Shown here piece after piece: positions 1-8,430 of a stretch of DNA of 52,236 nt. The stretch's first letter is position 1. Every line of letters starts with the position of its first letter. Location: contig JANOCZ010000019.1 of assembly GCA_031412455.1 (NCBI GenBank), positions 1 to 52,236 of the forward strand, in the 5' to 3' direction. The stretch is from Hyphomicrobium sp. (GTDB taxonomy: Bacteria; Pseudomonadota; Alphaproteobacteria; Rhizobiales; Hyphomicrobiaceae). The position numbers and the translations under genes are program-made. The notes under the pieces are model-generated. The model was not told the DNA's origin. It saw only the letters and a list, made by a program, of their open reading frames with translations, and did not search any database.

Positions 1-1
1 G

Positions 2-748
2 GTGGATTCGCTTGATCGTTGGCTGGACTGCCGCTTGACGCCAACAGAGCGATCTAGGGTTCTTGCGCTCTTTGAGCAGCGCATCGAGACGCGAAAACCT
101 GCGTCGTACCTCACGCACACGGCTTGGATTCAAGGATTTAAGTTTTACGTCGATGAGCGGGTGATCGTGCCGCGCTCGTTCATTGGCGAGTTGTTATGCC
201 GCGAACAGCTTGATGCGGCAGTTCCCGATGCTGACGGCATTAACAATGCGCTTGATTTATGTACGGGCTCTGGATGTTTGGCGATCTTAGCTGCGGCAGC
301 CTTTCCCAATGCTCAGGTGCAGGCCAGCGATATATCCGCCGACGCGCTCGATGTGGCCCGGCGTAATGTTGCCGATTATGGTCTTGAAACGCGCGTGACG
401 CTCGTACAGTCGGATTTGTTCGAGGGCATAGCGCCGGCTCGATTTGATCTGATCATCGCCAACCCGCCTTATGTCACAACATCAGCGGTTGCGGCGTTTC
501 CGGCGGAGTATCGAGCGGAACCAGAGCTGGCGCACGCGGGCGGTGCCGACGGCCTGGACCTCGTCCATCGCATTCTAGCGGCCGCGCCCGCGTATCTCGC
601 TCCACACGGCGCGCTCGTTGTCGAAATAGGCCAAGCCCGGGACGCGCTCGAGGCGGCACGCCCGGATTTGCCGTTTCTGTGGCTCGACACGGAAACAAGC
701 GAGGGCGAAGTTTTCGTGCTTCGAGCCGCTGATTTCAGTATCGGCTAG
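2..748 (+). CDS. prmB: 50S ribosomal protein L3 N5-glutamine methyltransferase (5'-truncated by window edge)
   Basis: FYVDERVIVPRSFIGELL, LDLCTGSGCL SAM-binding motif, NPPY motif, EYRAEPELA, LPFLWL: PrmB-type HemK-family signatures. Confidence 0.9.
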   Translation: MDSLDRWLDCRLTPTERSRVLALFEQRIETRKPASYLTHTAWIQGFKFYVDERVIVPRSFIGELLCREQLDAAVPDADGINNALDLCTGSGCLAILAAAAFPNAQVQASDISADALDVARRNVADYGLETRVTLVQSDLFEGIAPARFDLIIANPPYVTTSAVAAFPAEYRAEPELAHAGGADGLDLVHRILAAAPAYLAPHGALVVEIGQARDALEAARPDLPFLWLDTETSEGEVFVLRAADFSIG

Positions 749-750
749 GC

Positions 751-3618
751 TTAGCCGAAAGCGCCGAAATGGTGCGAGATGCCGGTGCCGATTTCGCGCA
801 CGAACTCGTAGGACTGCTCCATCGGTTGTAAAATCTCAGTTTCGAGCCGTCCATAATCGTCGATGCCACGCGGCCGGTAGCTTGCCTGCTCGTCGAAGCG
901 CGCGCTGGCTGCTGTCGAGAGAGCCTTGGCACCATGCGGGAAAGCCTTGCGCATAATGGCGATGACTTCGGGGATTTCCAAATTTAAAGCCATTTCGAGC
1001 ACTTGGCCGTGGGACAAACCATCCTGCGGTGCGAACCGCGGCAGTTGGGCCGCAAGAATGAAGATCCGCATGATCAGCGCCAATCGGATCGCTTGCAGCA
1101 GGTCCAGTTCGAGTCGATTGGCGTCGGGGACTTTACCGCCTTCGATATTTTGATCTTCCAGGATGCCATGCAGGTCGATCGCGTCTAGGCGCAAGTGATG
1201 CACGAGCTCGCTGATCGCGCCTTGGCGGTCATCGGGAAGGAGATATGTTGCGAGCGTTCTAAACGCGCTTTCCAGCGCTTGCTCACGCCCCCATGACGCG
1301 CGCGAGGCCCAGAAGCCAGCGTCAAATACGGTTGCATTGGCGCCCATCGCGTTGAGGCTCGAGACCGTTTTACCGTAGGCGATCATGCCCAGCAGCGATT
1401 GCAGGCGCTTGGACGACTTGGCAAGTTTAGCAAACCGCTCTCGATCGTTACCGACCGCTGTTCCCAAACCGGCAACGACGTTGGCGATGTAGCCGAACTG
1501 CTGAAGAATTGCGTTGTTGGGAATAGCACGCATGCGAGCGGGATTACCGCGATCAGACGCGTGGTCACCTTGTCGTTTCACGGGGCGAGAGCCCGTTTTG
1601 AACAACAGGTTTGGTCCGAAGGCGCCCAAGACTGCGCGATAACCATCGTGCGCGAACAGGGCTTGCTGGAACGCGCGCAGGCGCAGGAAGAAGTCGAGCG
1701 AAAAGTTCTGCTCAGTATAGAAGGGGTCGTTGTCGGCGGCCGGCGCTTCGCCATCCATGATGACGGTTGCGAGTGCGCGCATCGTCAGCGCACGATTACC
1801 GAAGAACATGTAACCGTCGCCGCCCTGGAAGCTCGTCTCGTGTTTAACGGGCAGATTGTTGTCGGAGAAGCGGCGGCGCGCTTCGTCCGAGAAGACGTAA
1901 TGCAGACGCGTGTGGAGGTCGCCCGGGTGCGCACCGCGGCCCATCGATTCGCCATGCGTCGAAAAGATCAAAGTTTCTACGCCTGGGAGGTTTGACCTTT
2001 GCACCATGGCGGCCAGACCATGATAGTAGCGTTCGATTGCCAGGGTCGCTGAAATCTGGCCGATGAAGCGGCCGGCATCGGAGAAGCCGGTTTGAATGCT
2101 CAGGCGTTTGCGGCGGATGACATAGTCGCGATACGCTGGTTCCTCAACCAGGCGCTCCATGATGCGCGAGCCGTTTTCCAATCCCGACGGCGTTTCAAAC
2201 AGCGGCGATATATCGGTGATGTGATCGACGCCAAATAGTTTAGCGAAGAACACGGCAATTAATACCGTTGCTGGCGATTCACACTCCGCAATCAGGAAGC
2301 GGAGCGGTGTTTCCTTGTCGATGTGCTTGTGGATCTGTGCCGTCAGCGCAAACTGGCGGATAGCGGTTGCGGTTTCGAGGTCAAGCGTTTCGAAATTGAC
2401 CGATTCCGGCACGCAGTTTTGAATCATCTCGACAATTCGGGCGAGCGATTGGCTTTCGGTCAAGTCGCGCGTCCACGGCTCGTGCACGTACGCGCGGAAG
2501 GCGTTATTCAACTGCAGCGCGTTGATGCGCAGGTGAATGTGCGAGGTGCCGAGACCCGTCGCGTCGATCAAACCCGAAAGGGCCGCAACAGCGCGCTTCA
2601 GCTGGGGCGTGTCGACGGCATCGATCAGCGAATTAAACAACGCCAGCAGGGGTTCGACGCTCGACAGGTTGTAACCGTCGCTTTTCGTCATCACATTGGC
2701 CGCTTTGGCGAGGGTCTCGGAGCTGCCGTCCACGCCTTCGAGGGCCTTGAGCTGCTCATCGACGGCGGCGATACCCAAGTCAAGTTTGCCGACGATTTGG
2801 CGGGCGATCCGCTGGGCGGCATCGCTATCATCGAGCTTATGCTTCAAGATGATGAAGCGCTCGCGGATGTCGCCTAATGCAGCGCGCTTCTCAAGCAGCC
2901 GCACGCGAAACGAAAAGGTCCAGGCGATATCGGTTCGCCCATCGAGGTCGTAGCCGATCCACGATGCAAATGTCGTCAGTCGCGGGCGTATCTTGTAGGC
3001 CGCGTCTTCGAATTTCTGAGCCGCAACGCTATAGAATCCGTGCAGGAGCTCCTCATAGCCGTTGCGAAGATTATGGATGGCCTCCTGCGCGCATTTGTGC
3101 TCGTGCTCGAGAGCCAACGAGGGTTCTGGGCGATGCGGCAGGCCGATTTCAACGTTGTTGGCGGGCGCGTCGGAGACGGCGATTTCAAGCATCCGGCGAT
3201 ACAGCGCGTCGGAAAGTCCAAAGGTCGGGTGGGCCGTCAGAACAATGCCGGTGCGCGGGCGTGACCAACGATCGCTGAAAGCCTGCAGCGAGCCACCCGC
3301 AGCGGTGGCCGTGCGTTCAACGTAGGCAGTGAAATCTTTCAGAGTTGAGGCTTGATCTACGTAGCCAATCTTCTCGCGCAGGCGGCGCGCACGGCGGACG
3401 CAGGCGCGGTCCATCAAGCGGCCCGCCAAACCTTTGACGTCATCGAACGAAACGTCGCCAGATTCCAACCGGCGCGACATGTCGAAGGCGACATTCAATA
3501 TCGGGTTGAGCGAGGGGTTGTCGGGAATTTGCGCCCGGAGACGCTTCAACTCTTCGACGAGCGTCGTCTCGTCGAGCTTCAGGGACCGCGTTTGTGTTGG
3601 GGTATCTTGCATGACCAT
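751..3618 (-). CDS. ppc: Phosphoenolpyruvate carboxylase, divergent type (serine cycle)
   Basis: 955 aa; VLTAHPT, PLFET, GFSD, GSRP, RAIP motifs; last gene of the serine-cycle operon; GGAG SD upstream. Confidence 0.85.
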   Translation of the reverse strand: MVMQDTPTQTRSLKLDETTLVEELKRLRAQIPDNPSLNPILNVAFDMSRRLESGDVSFDDVKGLAGRLMDRACVRRARRLREKIGYVDQASTLKDFTAYVERTATAAGGSLQAFSDRWSRPRTGIVLTAHPTFGLSDALYRRMLEIAVSDAPANNVEIGLPHRPEPSLALEHEHKCAQEAIHNLRNGYEELLHGFYSVAAQKFEDAAYKIRPRLTTFASWIGYDLDGRTDIAWTFSFRVRLLEKRAALGDIRERFIILKHKLDDSDAAQRIARQIVGKLDLGIAAVDEQLKALEGVDGSSETLAKAANVMTKSDGYNLSSVEPLLALFNSLIDAVDTPQLKRAVAALSGLIDATGLGTSHIHLRINALQLNNAFRAYVHEPWTRDLTESQSLARIVEMIQNCVPESVNFETLDLETATAIRQFALTAQIHKHIDKETPLRFLIAECESPATVLIAVFFAKLFGVDHITDISPLFETPSGLENGSRIMERLVEEPAYRDYVIRRKRLSIQTGFSDAGRFIGQISATLAIERYYHGLAAMVQRSNLPGVETLIFSTHGESMGRGAHPGDLHTRLHYVFSDEARRRFSDNNLPVKHETSFQGGDGYMFFGNRALTMRALATVIMDGEAPAADNDPFYTEQNFSLDFFLRLRAFQQALFAHDGYRAVLGAFGPNLLFKTGSRPVKRQGDHASDRGNPARMRAIPNNAILQQFGYIANVVAGLGTAVGNDRERFAKLAKSSKRLQSLLGMIAYGKTVSSLNAMGANATVFDAGFWASRASWGREQALESAFRTLATYLLPDDRQGAISELVHHLRLDAIDLHGILEDQNIEGGKVPDANRLELDLLQAIRLALIMRIFILAAQLPRFAPQDGLSHGQVLEMALNLEIPEVIAIMRKAFPHGAKALSTAASARFDEQASYRPRGIDDYGRLETEILQPMEQSYEFVREIGTGISHHFGAFG

Positions 3619-3677
3619 ACTCTCCGCGCCGCGCGGTGTTTGAAGCCGTTAACGTCTGTTCAGTGGGCGAGAGGGAC

Positions 3678-3701
3678 GCCGGGCTAGATTGCAAGCCCGG
3701 C
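3678..3701 (-). terminator. Intergenic stem-loop between mtkB and ppc (terminator-like or mRNA stabiliser)
   Basis: GCCGGGCT-AGATTGCA-AGCCCGGC, perfect 8-bp stem; no clear U tract on the minus strand. Confidence 0.4.
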
Positions 3702-3743
3702 TTCACGTTTCGTAGGCTTCAAGTTGCGTTTGCGCACGTTGCG

Positions 3744-4643
3744 CTAGGCAACTTTCTTCATCTTGCTTAGCACTTGAGCAATGGTCGAGCCCATTTCCGA
3801 CGGCGTCGGCGCGATGGTCACGCCGCAGTTCTGGAGGATGTCAACTTTTTCTGCGGCCGACTCTCCGAATGCCGAGACAATGGCGCCGGCGTGGCCCATG
3901 CGACGACCCTTCGGTGCCGACAGACCAGCAATGTAGGCGACAAGCGGCTTCTTGCCGTGGTCTTTCGACCAGAGGCCCGCTTCGGCTTCCTGCGGTCCGC
4001 CGATTTCGCCGATCATTAAGATCGCGTCGGTTTCGGGATCGTTCTCGAAATGCTCGATGACATCGCGATGCGACGAGCCGTTGATCGGATCGCCACCGAT
4101 GCCGACCGAAGTCGAGATACCGATGCCAAGCATCTTCAACTGCTCCGCGGCTTCGTAGCCGAGCGTTCCGGAGCGGCCGACGATGCCGATGCGTCCTGGC
4201 AGATAGATGTGGCCCGGCATGATGCCGAGCATGGCCTTACCGGGCGAAATCGTGCCGGCGCAATTGGGCCCCGTCAGGATCATGCGGTTTTCTTTTTTGT
4301 AGCGGCGCATGTAGCGTTTGACGCGGATCATATCTTGAGCCGGAATGCCGTCCGTGATGCAGACGCAGTATTTAATACCGGCGTCGGCGGCTTCCATGAT
4401 CGCGTCGGCCGCGAACGGGGGCGGCACGAAGACAATCGAGGCTTGGGCACCGGCTTCGTCGACCGCGCCTTTGACCGTATTGAAGACGGGACGGCCCAGA
4501 TGGGTTGTGCCGCCCTTGCCCGGTGTCACGCCACCAATGACGTTGGTGCCGTAGTCGATCATCTCCTGAGCATGGAACGTGCCGATGCGGCCCGTGAAGC
4601 CCTGGATGAGGACCGGTGTTTTTTCGTTGATAAAAATTGCCAT
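3744..4643 (-). CDS. mtkB: Malate-CoA ligase (malate thiokinase) alpha subunit, SucD-like
   Basis: QGFTG, GVTPGKGG, GPNCAG, GRSGTL, RMGHAGA phospho-His motif; adjacency to mcl/sga/ppc favours Mtk over SucD. Confidence 0.85.
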   Translation of the reverse strand: MAIFINEKTPVLIQGFTGRIGTFHAQEMIDYGTNVIGGVTPGKGGTTHLGRPVFNTVKGAVDEAGAQASIVFVPPPFAADAIMEAADAGIKYCVCITDGIPAQDMIRVKRYMRRYKKENRMILTGPNCAGTISPGKAMLGIMPGHIYLPGRIGIVGRSGTLGYEAAEQLKMLGIGISTSVGIGGDPINGSSHRDVIEHFENDPETDAILMIGEIGGPQEAEAGLWSKDHGKKPLVAYIAGLSAPKGRRMGHAGAIVSAFGESAAEKVDILQNCGVTIAPTPSEMGSTIAQVLSKMKKVA

Positions 4644-4660
4644 TTTAAGCGTCCTCCGGG

Positions 4661-5833
4661 TTACGCGCTGCCGTTGCTTTTCGCTGCCGCCACAGCTTTC
4701 GCTGCGGCGTCAGCCAGCGTTTCAGCGCTGATAACCGTTAAGCCGCTCTGATCGATGATCTTGCGGCCTTCTTCGACGTTGGTGCCAGCCAAACGAACAA
4801 TGACCGGCATCGTGATCTCGAGCTCTTTGATCGCATCGACGACGCCTTTGGCAACCCAGTCACAGCGATTGATGCCCGCGAACACGTTGACCAAAATGGC
4901 CTTGACGTTCTTGTCGCGAAGCACGGCGCGGAACGACTTGGTGACGCGCTCGGGAGAAGCGCCGCCGCCGATGTCGAGGAAGTTTGCCGGCTCGCCGCCG
5001 GCCAGCTTGATCATATCGAGCGTCGCCATCGCCAAACCGGCGCCATTGACGATGCAGCCGATATCGCCGTCGAGGCCGACATAGGCCAAGCCGCGGTCGG
5101 ACGCGTAAGTTTCGCGCGGGTCTTCCTGGCTCTTATCGCGAAGCTCGGCGATGTGGGGGCGTCTGAACAGCGCGTTCTCGTCAAACGACATCTTAGCGTC
5201 GAGTGCGAGGACCTGCTTTTCCTTGGTGATGACGAGCGGATTGATTTCGACCATCATCGCGTCCAGATCGCGGAAAGCGCGGTAGCAACCCATGATCGCC
5301 GGTACGATTTTGTTGACGATGTCGGCATCGACGCCGAGCCCAAAGGCGATTTCGCGCGCCTGGAACTGCTGCATACCGACGGCCGGGTCGACGCTGACGC
5401 GGATAATCGAGTCTGGCTGTTTGGAAGATATCTCTTCGATGTCCATGCCGCCAGCGCCCGAGGCGATGACCATCACGCGCTCGGAGGCGCGGTCCATCAC
5501 GAACCCGAGGTAGATTTCCTTATCGATGTTGGTCGCTTCTTCGATGTAGAGGCGCGACACGAGTTTGCCGGCCGGGCCGGTTTGATGCGTGACGAGCTTG
5601 CGGCCGAGCAGGTACTCGGATGCCGATTCAATCTCGCCTTCCGTTTTGCAGATTTTAATGCCGCCGGCTTTGCCGCGAGCGCCAGAATGAATCTGCGCCT
5701 TGACGACGACCGTTCCGCCCAATTCGCTGGCGCGGTAGGTTGCCTGCTCAGGACTGTAGGCCAAACCGCCGCGAGGAATGGGCACGCCGAACTTCGAGAG
5801 AAGTTCTTTGGCCTGATACTCATGAATGTCCAT
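4661..5833 (-). CDS. mtkA: Malate-CoA ligase (malate thiokinase) beta subunit, SucC-like
   Basis: [51 protein letters not shown]; serine-cycle context. Confidence 0.88.
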   Translation of the reverse strand: MDIHEYQAKELLSKFGVPIPRGGLAYSPEQATYRASELGGTVVVKAQIHSGARGKAGGIKICKTEGEIESASEYLLGRKLVTHQTGPAGKLVSRLYIEEATNIDKEIYLGFVMDRASERVMVIASGAGGMDIEEISSKQPDSIIRVSVDPAVGMQQFQAREIAFGLGVDADIVNKIVPAIMGCYRAFRDLDAMMVEINPLVITKEKQVLALDAKMSFDENALFRRPHIAELRDKSQEDPRETYASDRGLAYVGLDGDIGCIVNGAGLAMATLDMIKLAGGEPANFLDIGGGASPERVTKSFRAVLRDKNVKAILVNVFAGINRCDWVAKGVVDAIKELEITMPVIVRLAGTNVEEGRKIIDQSGLTVISAETLADAAAKAVAAAKSNGSA

Positions 5834-5881
5834 TTATGGACCTCCCAAATTAGTTCGAAATTTAAGGGTTCGTGATCACGT

Positions 5882-6850
5882 TCAGGCTTTGGCTGCGGCC
5901 TTGCGAGCGGCTTCGCCCTTCTTGATTGCAGCGTTGGTCGCGAGAAGGTTGTTGGCCATTTTCTCGGAAGCCGCGTCGATCATCTTGCCGTCGAGAGACG
6001 CGGCGCCTTTACCTTGAGCTTCAGCCTCTTTGAGCGCAACCAAGATGCGTTCGGCGCGCGAGACTTCAGCGGCCGTCGGCGAGTAAATTTCGTTGGCCAG
6101 TTCGATCTGCGAGGGGTGGATCGCCCACTTGCCTTCCATACCAAGTGCTGCTCCGCGGCGCGCGGCTGCACGGTAGCCTTCCGGGTCATCGATGCCGCCG
6201 AATGGTCCGTCAATCGGGCGAAGGCCGAAAGCGCGGCAAGCGACCGTCATGCGCGACAGCGGGAAGTGCCACTGGTCGCCTGGATAGTCGGGGTTCAAGC
6301 CGCCGATGACGACGGTGCGCGCTTTGTTGAAGGCTGAGTAATCGGCAACACCAAAATGCATCGATTCAAGACGGCTGTTGGCCGAGGCGATCGCTTCGAC
6401 ATTGGCCATGCCCAACGGTGTTTCGATCAGAGCTTCGGTGCCGACTTTATTCTTCAGGCCTTTGGCGACTTCGATCTGGCTGACAATGCATTCAACCGTA
6501 TAGACGTCAGCTGGCACGCCAACTTTCGGAATCAGGATCGTGTCAAGCTTGGAGCCTGCCTGTTCCATGATGTCGACGACGTCGCGGTACATGTAATGGG
6601 TGTCGAGGCCGTTGATGCGCACCGATACGCTTTTGCCGGCGCCGGCCCAGTCGAGATCGTTCAGGGCTTGAATGATGTTTTTGCGCGCCTGCTCTTTTTC
6701 GGGCGGGGCGACAGCGTCTTCGCAGTCAAGGAAGACATAGTCGGCGGCGCTCTTCAAAGCGCGATCGATCATCGTCGTGTTGGAGCCTGGAACGGCGAGA
6801 TAAGAGCGCTGCAGGCGCTGCTTGCGGAGCGGATAAAGCGTGTAGCTCAT
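5882..6850 (-). CDS. mcl: L-malyl-CoA/beta-methylmalyl-CoA lyase (CitE/HpcH family)
   Basis: RLQRSYLAVPGSN, FLDCEDAVAP, VRINGLDTHYMYRDV, GKWAIHPSQI; operon context. Confidence 0.9.
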   Translation of the reverse strand: MSYTLYPLRKQRLQRSYLAVPGSNTTMIDRALKSAADYVFLDCEDAVAPPEKEQARKNIIQALNDLDWAGAGKSVSVRINGLDTHYMYRDVVDIMEQAGSKLDTILIPKVGVPADVYTVECIVSQIEVAKGLKNKVGTEALIETPLGMANVEAIASANSRLESMHFGVADYSAFNKARTVVIGGLNPDYPGDQWHFPLSRMTVACRAFGLRPIDGPFGGIDDPEGYRAAARRGAALGMEGKWAIHPSQIELANEIYSPTAAEVSRAERILVALKEAEAQGKGAASLDGKMIDAASEKMANNLLATNAAIKKGEAARKAAAKA

Positions 6851-6936
6851 GGGGGCGTAGCCTTCCTAAAATTGTTGTGTTGTTGTTCTTTGCGACCGCC
6901 GCGATGGCGAGCGCTGAATCATGAAGCTTGAGAGGG

Positions 6937-6962
6937 GCGCTCAGCTGTTGCCAGCTGAGCGC
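6937..6962 (-). terminator. Stem-loop directly after the sga stop codon
   Basis: GCGCTCAGCTG-TTGC-CAGCTGAGCGC, 11-bp perfect stem; loop reads GCAA (GNRA) on the coding strand; lacks a U tail, so may be a stabiliser rather than a terminator. Confidence 0.55.
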
Positions 6963-6968
6963 TGAAAA

Positions 6969-8180
6969 TCAGGCGGCTTTTTTCGGCGTTACGTTGGTCG
7001 CGGATTTGGTCGCTGTCTTGCTGAGATATTCAGCAGCTGCACCTGTTCCAGAACCCAGTTTGATGTTGACGCCGCTGTCCTTCAGAGCCATTTCGACGGC
7101 GAACAGAACGCCGCCGACCATGAACTCGTCCAGCGCGCCCAAGTGTCCGATGCGGAAAACTTTGCCTGCAACTTTGTTCAAGCCGACGCCGAGTGACGTG
7201 TTGTAGCGGTAGTAAGCGGCCTTCACGACGGCATTGCTGTCCATGCCTTCGGGCACCAAAATCGCTGACACCGTGTCTGATTGCCACTTTGCTTCCTTAG
7301 CGCAAAGCTTCAGACCCCAAGCATCAACTGCCGCGCGAACGCCGCCTGCCAAGCGGGTGTGGCGGGCAATGACGTTGTCGAGGCCTTCTTCGAAGATCAT
7401 ATCCATCGACGCGCGAAGGCCACGGATCAGCTGCGTTGCCGGAGTGTAGGGGAAGTAGCCCAGATCATTCGTCTTGATCATGTCTTCGAACGAGAAGAAG
7501 CAGCGGTTCATCCGTCCGTTCAGCGTTTTATTGGCGTCGAGAGCTTTTTGGCTGACGGCCAAAATTCCAAGACCCGTCGGCAGCATGAAACCTTTTTGCG
7601 ATCCCGATACGCAGCAGTCGACGCCCCATTCGCCCATGCGCATGTCGAGTGAGCCGACCGAGGATACGCCATCAACCATCAACAGTGCGGGGTGCTTGGC
7701 TGCGTCCATTGCCTTGCGTACGCCGGCGATGTCGCTCGCGACACCCGTCGCAGTTTCGTTTTGCGTCGCGAAGACCGCTTTGATTTCGTGATGCGTGTCC
7801 TTGGCGAGAATATCGGCATACTTTTCAAGCGGAACGCCCGTGCCCCATTCTTCGTCACACAACACGACCTTCAAGCCGAGGCGCTCGGCCATATCGACCC
7901 AAAGTAACGAGAATTGGCCAAAGCGGCTCATCAAGACTTTATCACCGACAGCGAGCGTGTTGGTGATTGCCGATTCCCAGGCGCCTGTACCCGACGATGG
8001 GAAGATGAAAACGCGGCCGTCCTTCATTTTGAAGATCTTCTTGAGATCTTCAAATACCGGCAACGTGAATTTGGGGAATTCCGGTGAGCGCATGTCTTCC
8101 ATGGCAAGGTTCATCGCCATGCGAACCTTATCGGGGATCGTCGTTGGACCAGGAATAAAGAGGTGTGGGGTAACCGTCAT
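6969..8180 (-). CDS. sgaA: Serine-glyoxylate aminotransferase (class V PLP enzyme)
   Basis: Start reset to MTVTPHLFIPGP (ATG at 8178-8180, GGAG SD upstream); SSGTGAWE, NETATG, DGVSS, SGSQKG PLP lysine, FRIGHLG; closely resembles Hyphomicrobium SgaA as I recall it. Confidence 0.92.
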   Translation of the reverse strand: MTVTPHLFIPGPTTIPDKVRMAMNLAMEDMRSPEFPKFTLPVFEDLKKIFKMKDGRVFIFPSSGTGAWESAITNTLAVGDKVLMSRFGQFSLLWVDMAERLGLKVVLCDEEWGTGVPLEKYADILAKDTHHEIKAVFATQNETATGVASDIAGVRKAMDAAKHPALLMVDGVSSVGSLDMRMGEWGVDCCVSGSQKGFMLPTGLGILAVSQKALDANKTLNGRMNRCFFSFEDMIKTNDLGYFPYTPATQLIRGLRASMDMIFEEGLDNVIARHTRLAGGVRAAVDAWGLKLCAKEAKWQSDTVSAILVPEGMDSNAVVKAAYYRYNTSLGVGLNKVAGKVFRIGHLGALDEFMVGGVLFAVEMALKDSGVNIKLGSGTGAAAEYLSKTATKSATNVTPKKAA

Positions 8181-8430
8181 GGGCGTTTCTCCGCGCTGCG
8201 TTTTACGTTTCTGATCATTGAAGTTCCGCCGAGAACCGGCAGTCAACGGCGATAATCCGATGTGAATTCATCGTCGTCCAGACGACCCGTTGCAGCAGCG
8301 GTCACTGGACAAATTTACCTCGTCTCAATTCGAGCACGGGCCGCGCTATTACAACACCCGCATGGGGAGGAAGAAAGGGGCGGGTGGGTAGGTGCCATTG
8401 CCCCTGCCGATATGGTGCGGTGCGGCGTAA

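Noticed and set aside
741-758. Inverted repeat TCGGCTA-GGCT-TAGCCGA spanning the prmB and ppc stop codons
   Set aside because: Arises because both convergent genes end in Gly-stop; short and without a U tract, so not called a terminator.
947-975. TGCGCATAAT resembling the XerC arm of dif
   Set aside because: Inside ppc and lacks the XerD arm (TTATGTTAAAT).
3744-5833. Calling these genes sucCD
   Set aside because: Embedded among sga, mcl and ppc with no mdh/sucAB nearby; malate thiokinase is more likely.
8181-8430. Known riboswitch (glycine, ZTP, THF) upstream of sga
   Set aside because: Consensus elements not found by eye; kept only as an unclassified structured leader.
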